Assembly (NCBI RefSeq): GCF_004010195.1
Contig: NC_057719.1
Span: 26,353,426-26,417,425, forward strand
DNA: 64,000 bases
Direction of reading: 5' to 3'
Origin: Chiloscyllium plagiosum
Taxonomy: Eukaryota
The translations under genes were made by a program, and so were the position numbers. The number at the start of each line of letters is the position of its first letter. Position 1 is the stretch's first letter. Below the pieces are notes generated by a model. The model did not search any database, was not told the origin of the DNA, and saw nothing but the letters and a program-made list of their open reading frames with translations. Positions 1 through 11,100 of this stretch are shown here, one piece after another.

Positions 1-117
1 CTTTTACCCCCACCTCTGACCCTACTAAAACATTTAAACCCTGGGACCTGCAACAGCCAATCCTGTCCCTGTTCTACCCATGTCTCCGTAATTTAAAGTC
101 ATTTTTATCACAGAATA

Positions 118-670
118 CCCAACTATCAACATCCTGGGAGTTACCATTGACCAAAACTCAACTATCTTTACAAATACATTGGCTACAGCTGAAGACAGAG
201 GGTGGGAATCCTGCAGTGAGTAACTTACCTCACCACCTCACTCACATAGCACAAGTCAGGAATGCAATGGAAAATACTTTTCATTTCTTTGGATGGGTGC
301 AGCTCCAACAGTACTCAAGAAGTTTTACATTATTTGGGGCAAAGCAGTGAACTGACTGGTAACAGTATTAAAATATTGATTCACAATAGTAGCAATGTGA
401 AGTATGTAGAAGGTACACAAAAAAATTCAAAAGGCTGTTTAGACAGCACCTTCCAAACATCCACCCAGCAGATAACCATCAACTGCAAGTATCCCTAACT
501 TGGAAACATATTGCCACTCCTTAAGTATCACTGAGTCAAAATTCTGGAACTTTCTCCCTAATTGCGCTGTGCGACCACCTAAAAAAAAGTACTGCAACCA
601 AACAAGTCAGCTTGCTTCCACTTTCTCAAGGCATCGAAGGATGGGAAATAAATGCCCACATCCTTTGAAT
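118..670 (+). mobile_element. Decayed 3' end of a CR1/L2-group LINE ('family B', type ...AQVRSVMEY...WMSAAPTTLKKL...)
   Basis: Remnants ILGVTIDQ and HIAQVRNAMEN...GCSSNSTQEV; homologous to the copies at 10545-11740 and 55250-56220. Confidence 0.7.
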
Positions 671-777
671 GAATGGGAAATAGTTGGTTTCATGAGGATG
701 TAATATTGCAACATAATCTCATTTACCATTGGCATCTAAAGGCGAGGCAAGAGCAATGGAAAATTATGCTGTCTACA

Positions 778-960
778 GGGTTTGTTGAAAGATTTGCAGC
801 TCAGGTACCAGACACAGCAAGAATGAAACCAAATAAATTCCAGAAGATACAGTACTGCAGCGCTTCACTGGAGGCTCCGAAGTACTGAGGATGTCACCTA
901 GAAAGGGGTCGAAACGTGCAAAATCAATTTCCCACCTCAGCGAACATACCCACAACTACG
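778..960 (+). mobile_element. Penelope-like terminal-repeat insertion (family A) with a degenerate hammerhead at 882-920 and a 10-bp TSD
   Basis: GCTGTCTACA at 768-777 and 961-970; the interior is homologous to the terminus of the PLE at 27266-27668. Confidence 0.8.
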
Positions 961-1126
961 GCTGTCTACAAACAGCAAAATCAGGTACGTGCAAATCCAA
1001 CCACTGTCCTTCAATTCAGCCCTTGTAATTGTACAGCTGTGGGTTACCCTGGTGACAACGAAAAATCCTAGAAGCCCAGGTCACTGCAGTAATAAGACAC
1101 TGGAAACCATGATTAGAGGCCTTCCA

Positions 1127-1224
1127 TCCTGCTCTTCGAATGCTACCTAACCTGCTGTGCTTTTCCAGCACCACTCTAATCTTGATTCTGATCTTCGGCA
1201 TCTGCAGTCCTCACTTTCGCCTAC
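1127..1224 (+). mobile_element. PLE terminal-repeat fragment (family C)
   Basis: Matches the post-ribozyme arm and tail of the copies at 16426-16619 and 55531-55700. Confidence 0.75.
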
Positions 1225-1589
1225 ATCTCCCAATGCCACCAGAGTTGCACTATGAAATTTCAGAGAGAGAAGGCCCCAACTGCTTCCTCTACAACTCTGT
1301 CAATGCACGTAGGCAACCTTATTCCTGAAGTTGATCAGGCAAATGAAAGGTATACAGTACAGAAACACACCCTTCAGCCCAATTTGACCATGTCGTTCAA
1401 ATTAATAGAATTGCCAATTAGGTGACATTTCTAATCTCTCATGCCTCACCATGCTGCCTGACGTGCTGAGAAACTCCAGCAGTTTTTGTGCGGGGTGGGG
1501 GTCTAATTTCCAGCATCTGCAATTTATTGTTTTTTCGTTTTGAGACTGATCACGTCAAGCTCGTGTAAACCTCACACTGGCTACACATA

Positions 1590-2160
1590 TTTTACACCAA
1601 CACGGCGTCTTCCGACAACATTCCTGTCTGGTCCTGCACGACAGAACGGAACAAATTGTACATTTCCGCCGGCAGCAGAATTGCGTCAAGTGGGATTCGG
1701 GAAATCCCGGGTCTCTATTGATTTCTTAAAAATCCCAATCATTTGATCGATTTCCGAGGAAAAGTGAGTCCGGTGAGTGTAGGGCTCAAAGCCAGGCCGG
1801 TCTAGCGCCGCTCACTGTTTACGTCGCAGGTACGGCTGTGTCTATCTGTGCGCGTGCGTGTGTCCCGACCGTTGATTGGTTCTTGGCTTTGACCCCGCCC
1901 TCGTGGGGGGGGCGGTCCGCCGCACAGGATGATGGTCCATCGTCCATCATGGAGGCGATATTTCACGAGAAAGTGAGTTGATGCGGAAATTACTGTTTAA
2001 AATGGCCGAGGTGGCGGCTGTTCGGGCCCTGAGAGGAGCGGCCGCAGTGGCGTTCGACGTCGTGTTGCAAAGGAGAAAACAAAATACACACACTCCCCCT
2101 CCCTAAGGCTGGGGATGGATTCGGGTAGGGCAGGGGAGCTGTGAGCTTCCGAAACAGTGT
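1590..2160 (+). promoter_or_regulatory. CpG-rich ATXN3 promoter/5' region
   Basis: This is the only clearly CpG-dense stretch in the window. It contains an inverted CCAAT (ATTGG 1875-1879), GC boxes (CCCCGCCC 1893-1900; GGGGCGG ending 1915), an NRF1-like TGCGCGTGCG at 1849-1858 and a kB-consensus GGGAAATCCC at 1699-1708. Confidence 0.8.
1949..1972 (+). CDS. ATXN3: ATXN3 coding exon 1 (MEAIFHEK)
   Basis: ATG GAG GCG ATA TTT CAC GAG AAA|gtgagt; matches human MESIFHEK; 24 nt. Confidence 0.95.
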
Positions 2161-5100
2161 AGACAGGGGAGGAGGTGTTCTTCTCTCTGACTGAGGTGCC
2201 TTCGCACCCACCCACCCCACCCCACCCTGACTGAGGTGCCTTCGCACCCACCCACCCCACCCCACCCTGACTGAGGTGCCTTCGCACCCACCCACCCCAC
2301 CCCACCCTGACTGAGGTGCCTTCGCACCCACCCACCCCACCCCACCCTGACTGAGGTGCCTTCGCACCCACCCACCCCACCCCACCCTGACTGAGGTGCC
2401 TTCGCACCCACCCACCCCACCCCACCCTGACTGAGGTGCCTTCGCACCCACCCACCCCACCCCACCCTGACTGAGGTGCCTTCGCACCCACCCACCCCAC
2501 CCCACCCTGACTGAGGTGCCTTCGCACCCACCCACCCCACCCCACCCTGACTGAGGTGCCCCCCCCCGTCCATCTTGACTGAGGTATGTTTACCCATGCC
2601 CACCCACCTTGACTGAGGTACCTTCACCTACTGCCACCCACCCTGACTGAAGTGCCTTTACCCATCCCCCCCACCCTGACTGAAGTGCTTTCACCTCCCC
2701 CATTCACCTTGACTGGGGTGTCTTCACCCACCCAGCACAAACCTTCACCTTTCCTATTCTCAACACCTTTTTCAGCTTGTTATAATCTTAAATATATTGT
2801 TTGTACCAGTTTTTAACGTCCTGTTTCTGATCACTATTTCTGATTATTCCCATAAAGCATTTATAGAAAAGGTTTGTGTAAAACACCTTTAATTACTTTG
2901 TGAGGTTCAAAGATGATAGAGCATCATTTGAGTGTTGAGCAAAACTTGTTCTTGCACGATACAAGAGCACAATTTGTCAACTGCCTGACAATATTTGGTA
3001 AAGTTACAGTTTTTACAGTTTTACTTCAATATGGATGATCATTGTTCAGTGACTAATGTATAGAGGTTCATCTCTTTTTGATAGGAAATTGAATAGGGAG
3101 AACATACTCAGAATAGTTAAATGTCGGTTGTGATAACAATCTGACAACTTGCATACATTTCCCACATAGTTGTGGATATTGGAAGTATCAAAATATGAAA
3201 ATAAAGATAATATAGTTAAAATGGGGACTAAATTTCAACTGCTTCCTGATCCAATTATCTATCTTCATATAACTTTATATCCTTTGAAGGCAGCACTCAC
3301 CTTAACTCAATGTAAAATGTCACAGGATGTTACTAACTTAAAATTGTGGTAAATTTCATTGATTATGCAGCTATTTGTATTTTTTTAGTTCATATATACT
3401 GTAAATAACTCATTAAAATTAAACAATTTATACCTGGTAATGTAAGGCCTATATAATTCTGACTCTTGTGCACAGCAATATAACTGATGAGCTGCCTATG
3501 TATGTGTGAACTGTACAACTTCATGTACATTTATTTACTAATGGTTGTACTTGTTGGTGAGTCCCATTTTCTCTCATTCTGTATAACAACATAAGAAGTA
3601 GGAGTAGGCTGTATGCCACCCCATTCCCCAGAAGCCACTAAATCTGTTGTTGATCACATCTGCCCAACTCAGCCTGGAATATATTCAATGACCTAGTCTC
3701 AACTGTTCTAAGTGGAACAGTTTTAAAATCGCACAACACCACGTTATAGTCCAACAGGTCTATTTGGAAGCACTAGTTTTCAGAGCGCTGTTCCTTCATC
3801 AGATGGTTGCAGCGTTCCAAAAGCTAGTGCTTCCAAATAAACATGTTGGACTATAACCTGGTGTTGTGAGATTTTTAACTTTGTACACCCTAGTGCAACA
3901 CCGACACCTCCAAATCACAAGTGAAACAGAACTCCAAATATTAATGACACTGCTCGAGAAGAAATTCCTCATCTGTTTTAAGTGGGGAAATCCATTGTTT
4001 CTCTTCTGTAACTGCTCCCCCACCCAATATCAGATCATATCCACTTCACAAAGTACTTTCTTTCTTATTTTTGTATTGTAATGAAATTTGGCTACAATAC
4101 GCTTACTACTTTCATTCAGATCATTGATACATATAAAATAAATAGATGAGGTCGAGCACTGATCCCTGTGGGACTTCACTGGTTGCAGTATGCTAAGTTG
4201 CAAATTACCCACTTATTCTGATTCTCTCGTTTGTGTTAGGCAACCAATTCTTCATTCAAACTAATATAATCTCAAGCACCATGTGCTTCTAACTTATGCA
4301 GTACTTATGTTTCACTTTACTGAATTATGTTTAGAATATTCAAAGATACTACTTTTTGTTCATTCAGGAATGTAAGCTTAGCTGACTAATTGTCCACTCT
4401 TTATCCACTTTGCTTGTAACATGCTCAGAGAACTGTATAACACAGTAAATACGTTTTAAATTGTTTACTTTCTACACAAGCATATTGATAATATTATGGT
4501 TTTCTGATTGTATTATGTTTTCCAAATATCCAATTACTACCTCCTTAATCATGGATTCAAACATTTCCCCAGTGACATGGTAGGCTAACTGACCTATATT
4601 TCCTGCTTTGTCTGCTGCCATTCATGAGATGATACTGTTGTAGCTGTCCAATCTGCTAAGAAATTTCCAAAATTTCATTTGGATTTTTCTTTGATGTGTA
4701 TATATTTGATATGCGTTTGAACATTGTTATAGAAATGATTGAACTAAATTTCTTGTACTTCATGTTACTGTTCTGAACACAGATTAGAGAAAAGAGGCTT
4801 TTAAAATTTATTGCTAATCTATTTTTGACTATTTCATTTGGAGTGGGAGAATAGAAATTTCATTGGATGTACAAGCTTTTCCTTTCAAAGCTAATTGAGG
4901 TGACAAAATAATCAAAAACAAAAGATAATTTGAAAAAAAAGGAAAATTAAAGAGAATGTTTTATGCAGCAATTTGTTCAAAGTTGGAATGCACTTAAAGG
5001 GTGATAGAAGCAACTTAATAATGTTCAATAACAAATTTGTTAAACTTCACAGAATCATCTATTCTGCCCTTATTGCCACCACCCACTTTCTCCCTGTAAC

Positions 5101-8100
5101 CTAAATACATTCCTCCTTTTCAGACAATAACTCATTTTATTCTTGAATAGATCAATTGAACGTGCCTCCAGTAAAATCTTGAGCAACGCATTCCAGATCC
5201 CCACCTACAGGAAAAAGCTTCTCATGCTTTTTACCAGTTATCTTAGATCTGTGCTGCCTTATTTTCAAAACTTCAACTGAGGAGAAATTTTTCCTTAATT
5301 ACTTTGTCCAGATTCTCCTTTTCTCTTTTATTATTTCATGTGATCAGCATTTTTTGCTCATTCCTAATTGTCCTTAAATGGAATGGTTTGGTCAGCCATG
5401 TCAGAGAGCAATTAAAAATCAACCACGTTGTTTAGGTCTAGAGCCACATGTAGGCCAGACTGGGTAAGGAGGATAGATTTCCTACCATAAAGGATGTGAG
5501 TGAACCAGATGGGTTTTTAATGACAGGTAATGATAGCTTTGTGCTAGCTTTATTTTATGTAATGAACCAATATGATTACTGGACAAGTCAGATGCCAGAC
5601 AGGAACCAGGCTTGATAGATCATAATTTTATTTGTTTTGGCTTTAGAAAAGTGGTCTCTCACTGAGACATGAGCAAATAAGGCTGAAGATTTTGCTTCTG
5701 TGACCAAACTGAAGTTTATTGCAAAAGAAATAACGATAAAGTAGAAATCCAAACTATCTATTTATAGTACAAATTCAAAGGTTCTAAACACATTAGAACC
5801 CCATTAATCCCAAAAATTCCTTTAAGTTTAAAAAAAAACAAAGCTGCCTTTATTTCATGCCCAGAACACTCCTGGTACAGTTCTCAACATATCACTCCTG
5901 GTACAGTACCCAAACATCACACGTAATATTCATTTCAGTATCTAACAGCTTGGTAAGTTGTCAGTTGGGAAGTTATTTATTAAACTAGAACTCTGATAGC
6001 TTATTCCTAAGGCTGTCATACACTTAAACTTCAATGCAAAAAACTAAAATAACTGCTCCATCTTTAGCTCGACATGCTAAAATATTGAGCATCCTCCTTA
6101 GATTCAAATACATACTTATGTCTTTGTTAAATACAACTTCTCAGAAGTAGGCCATTCAACCCTTTAAGCTGTCTCCTTTGTTCAATAGATTTTGGTTGAT
6201 CTGTTTGTCCCCTGAACTCCACACAATCATTTGCCCCTGAAAGCCTTTCTGTTCCCTTGCCCAACATGAATCGATTTACCTCTGCCTTACAAATACTCAA
6301 TGATTCTACCTTGTGAAGCCGAGTTGAAAAGTCACACAACGCTCTGAGAAAAGAACAATTCTCATCTCTATTCTGAAAAGGCAACCAATAATTTCAAAAG
6401 TGTCCTTTTGTTCTGCATTCTCATAAGAGTAAGCATTCTTTTCACATCCACCCTGTCAAAACAATTCAGAAGTATTGAACGTCTATCAAATCACTCCGTC
6501 TTCTAAACTCCAGAAATAGAGATCTATGGTGTGATACCAAGTAATTACAGAATAATATGGGCTCATATAACATAAGCACATATCATGCATGTATCTAACT
6601 TTTTACATAGGCGGGCTACAATTGCACTTTGTCTCAAAGAAAGATCCAGTCAGTGGAGGATCATGCTTAGCCTGTGCAGTAATGTTGACCTTAATGAATA
6701 GTGACCAACTATGACATTTTAGCCTTGAACAGGAAGAATAGCCATTTGACAACTTACGAGAGCCTGCCGGGATTTGTGCAACTGTACATTGGTATGTGTG
6801 ATTAAGTTCAGGAAAGGCACCAAGAAATTTGTGAGGGAACTAAATCTTGTTTAGATTCTCTCTTGTTGGAGGTTCTAATTGTCTGATACCTGCCTGCTGT
6901 TAATATTACTTACCACTTAGGCAATGTTTGAATTTCATCAGGTTCTTTTCGTATGCAGCCTGAACTGCTTCAGCATCTAAGGAGTCATAAGGACACTGTG
7001 CAGTCATTAGTGATGTCCTCACTTTTTTCCTTAAGGAGGAAAGGTCAGTGGCATACTAGATGGTTGAGCCTAGGGCACTACCCTGAGGATCACTTGCAGC
7101 AATAGGCTGGGACCAAGATGATTGACCACCTTCAACTGCCGCCATCTTGCTTTGTGCTTGGTGTGTCTCTAATCAGTGGAACGTTTATCTCCTGATTTCC
7201 ATTGACTTCAGTTTTGCTTCTACTTTTTGATGCCACACTCTGTCAGATGCCAGTTCTGACATCAAGTACAGTTGCCACCCCCCAACCCAACTTTGTTTCT
7301 TGACTTCAGTATTACCGCTAGGATATTGCCAGCACCTATATGCTGACTGTATTCAGTGTATTCAGCCAATTCTTGATACCATGTGGAGCGAATCAAATTA
7401 TCTGCAGATTGACATTTGTGATTCTGTTGATGTCAGCAGTTGGCCAAGATGGCCAACACTTCCGGTTGAAGATGATTGCAAATCCTTCAGCCTTGCCTTT
7501 TGTACCAACATACTGGGTCACCCCATCATTGAGGGTGGGAATATTTGTGAAGTCTCCACCTCCTGTTTAGTTGTTTAATTATCCATCATTACTCTCAATT
7601 GGATGTGGCAAGCCTGTAGAGCTTAATTCTATTAATAATATGCTGTTTTCTCAGTTTATTTTGCATGCACTCTTGTGCTATAGCTTTAACAGACTTGACA
7701 CTTTATTTTTAGTATACAACACCGAGTGCTCTTTCTGCAATGGTTACCTGAATGCCTCATTGAACCAAGGTCATTTGTGAGATGACCTGGGCCATGTGAT
7801 TGAGTGCAATTCTGCTGTCATCAGTGGTCCACAGCAGTTTATGAATGCACAGTTTTGAGCTGCTAGACCTGTTCTGATGTTTTCCTGTTCAGCATGCTGT
7901 TAATGTCATAACAGCTGTAACGTTCTATATTCTATATGATTAAAGATATCCTCCTGGTGTAAATTGCATAAACTGATATATCTGTGACAGTGGATTGTTG
8001 AGGATGAGATGAAGTAAGCTTGCTCTTAAGATTTAAGATTCAGGCCCAGTCTGGCAGATATTTGACGTGATATTGAGCCACTATTGGCGATGGACATTGA

Positions 8101-11100
8101 AGTTCCCCACAAAGACTATGTTTTGTTCACTGGTCACTGTGTTTCTTCCAAGTGCTGTTCAACACAGGAGTGTACTGATACATGAGTTAATGAAGGGTGT
8201 TAAGAGGCACTGGTAATCAGCAGGAAGATATCATGAGACGTCATGTGCTCCAGAGTCAATGTAGGGGACTACAAAGTCCACTTCTTCTCTCCTGTATACA
8301 GATGTAGCACTTTTTAAAATCACTCACAGGCATCAGTGGATGTAATAAAATTTACTGCCCATCCATAGTTGCCCTGATCAGGTAACCTGGAAACTAATCG
8401 CAACTACAGAAGTGACCTTCCATGTTTCCACACTCGAAAGCACCCAAAAAAGTTCTGGATGTTCCAGATGCTGACCTGCAACATAACCAGCCGCAGAGTG
8501 AGTACATGAACTACATGATGAAGCAATAATGATGAATGAATAACCTCTACCGAACCTGAAGGACCATGAATGCTTGTTAGGGCAATTTGATGAATCCATC
8601 AACATTGCCAACCCAGCCCAGATTCTTTTCTAGAAAGAAACCAAAAAAACATGCAATTTTCATGCAGAATGGGAAAAGGAATTTGTTAATAACTGTAAAA
8701 TATGAGAGCATTTGCTTTATATGTTACTGAAGTAAATTGTTAAATATTATGGAAAATTTGGATCAATGCCAGACAATAATGCACAGTAAATTCCATGACA
8801 GTTTTCCCTTGAATGGGCTGCTTTTGACAAAGAAAGTTGAAGTCTGCTTGAAAGTTCAACCATAAGTTTATTCTAAACCAGCAAAAGATAAAGCCTGCAA
8901 AGAAGCACTGTTGTATTTCACCTTTGCCATCTTCTGGCAAAACACAAGAAATCATTCACAGATGGTGAGTTAGCAAACAAGCAATGACTGTGACCACTGA
9001 CTCTTTATTCAAAGACTTTTAAAATCAAATAATAGTGGCAATCTGGAGCATGTCACTTGGTGCTTCCACAGTAGCATAACAAGTTGAATCTTTGTCCAAA
9101 GATGTCTTTCAGCAACAAGAGAAAGAACTAAAGGAATATGAACGCATCTTACTGCAGTTTGAATCAGTCAATGTGACCAAAACAGCCCAGCTGATTTGTT
9201 TTGGTGGATGTGATTTTTAAGGACATTATAACTAAGTAAATCTGCTTGCCCTTTTGCGCTTGAAAGAGAAAGCAAAGGATGTGGATGTCTACCACCAATT
9301 CAAAGGTTACGTTCTTGAGAAAAAGATTACAATCAAAAAATTGATTTACAGCCCAACTGATGATGCACCAGCCATGCTTGATACAAATGCAAGTTTTGTT
9401 GCATTTTGCAGAAATGATCCTGATTTCCTCTTTGTCAATAACTGCTGTATAATCCACCAGCAAGCAAAGGCAAGTAACGTTATGGACATTTGTCATGTAA
9501 TAGCAGTTGTTAAGTTTGTAAACTTGATTCAAGCAAGAATCCTTCAGCACCATTTGCTTAAATCCTTACTCAGTGAACCTGATGCTGCTTACAGTGAACT
9601 AAGCCTCCATGCTGTTAGGTAATTAAATGGAGAGAAGTCCTGCAAAGATGTTTTTTTAGATCTGATGCCTAAAATTATCTATATTTGCTTAAAGCAAGGA
9701 ATGAAGTATGCAGTAGCTATCAAACAATGCATAGTTGCTTGACTTCAGCATTTGTCAAATGCTGAGCTATCACATGCAGGGGAGGGGTAGGGACGTACAC
9801 ATATGATCAGCGTTGTGAATGTGTTCAAAGTGAAACTGGGTCTGTTGCCCTCCCATTCAAAAAACAAAACACTGCAACACTTCCAGGGCCTGGAAAAGAT
9901 ACTAAAGATAAAATAAAAATGCTTCCATCCAAACAACATCTATGCAGACCTGAGGAAGTTAGCAGACAATTTCAGGAATTAGGTGTGATGGAGTAGATCA
10001 TCGTGTTTGTCTGCAAGTCTATCCCTTCAAGTAGATATTAGTGAATTGGCAACCAGATTCCACCAGGAGTTTGATTTATAAGGCAGTGGAGTTGATATGG
10101 AGGTCATTACTATACAAAATGATCTTGAATTGAAAGTCAAATCAAGGAACAGTGATCTTTGAGGACTCAGAGAAAAATAACCACCTTTGTCATCCTGTGC
10201 TTTTAAAGCAAAAGCTTATTTTGACTCCATATACCTCTGTGAGGCAGCATTCTCCAAAATTAAGATAATCAAGTATCACAACTGCCACAAAAACCCATTT
10301 GATGTGCTGCATGTGATTAGCAGCCTCAAGCTACAACAAGTCTCGAGCTCAATGGCAGATAATGTACATTCAGCGGTGGTGCATTGAGACTTGGTGAGCA
10401 GAGGATAAAATGAATAATTGAATATTTTTTGTTTTAGATTTGTACAGCACTAAAAATAACTTGTATTTTCTTTGGGGTTGCTCCTGGATTGCACTTAAAT
10501 TTAAATTTAAAAAGTGCTTAAGAAGGTTGGAGATCATTGATCTAGATGGCAGTGGTGATGCATTTGAAAGGTGCTGTCTAAGGAGGCTTGCTGAATTTCC
10601 ACAATGCATTTTGTAGGTGGTACACACTGCTACTGAGTGTTGAAATGAGTGAATGTTTGTGGATGTGGTGCCAATCATACAGGCTGCTTTGTCCTGGATG
10701 GTGTTAAGCTTCTTGAGTATTGTTGGAGCGGCACTCATCTAGGCAAGTGGGGAATATTCTATCACACCCCTGACTTATGCCTTGCTGATGGTAAATAAGC
10801 TTCAGGAAGTCCAGGAAATGAGTGACTTGCGAAAGCCTAGCCTTTGACCTCTGAGGCCACTGTATGTATATTGTTAGTCCAGTGCAGTTTCTGGTAAATG
10901 GTAAGCTCTAGGATGTTGATATCAGGGATTTGCTGATGGTACTAACATTGAATGTCAAGGGTGATGGTTAGATACACTCATTGGAGATGATCGTTGGCCT
11001 TGCACTTGTGTGGCACAAATGTTCTTTGGCACTTAGAGTCATGGAGCTGTACAGCACACTTGTGAGCCTAAACCTGGATATTCTCCAGATTTTCCTAAAT

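Noticed and set aside
882..920. Active hammerhead
   Set aside because: The cleavage triplet is lost (GUG) and stem II is mismatched. The copies at 3771, 11778, 16507, 36670 and 42443 likewise carry core or stem lesions and are listed only as degenerate.
2187..2560. CRISPR-like array (regular units with a small hairpin)
   Set aside because: The units are identical with no unique spacers, there are no cas genes, and the context is a eukaryotic intron.
1990..2627. Three long Gly/Trp-rich minus-strand ORFs
   Set aside because: They result from a stop-free 40-bp tandem repeat and have no independent coding evidence.
9254..9622. Domesticated GTF2IRD2/EPM2AIP1-like gene in intron 1
   Set aside because: It has numerous stops and frameshifts and retains a TIR, so it is a transposon fossil.
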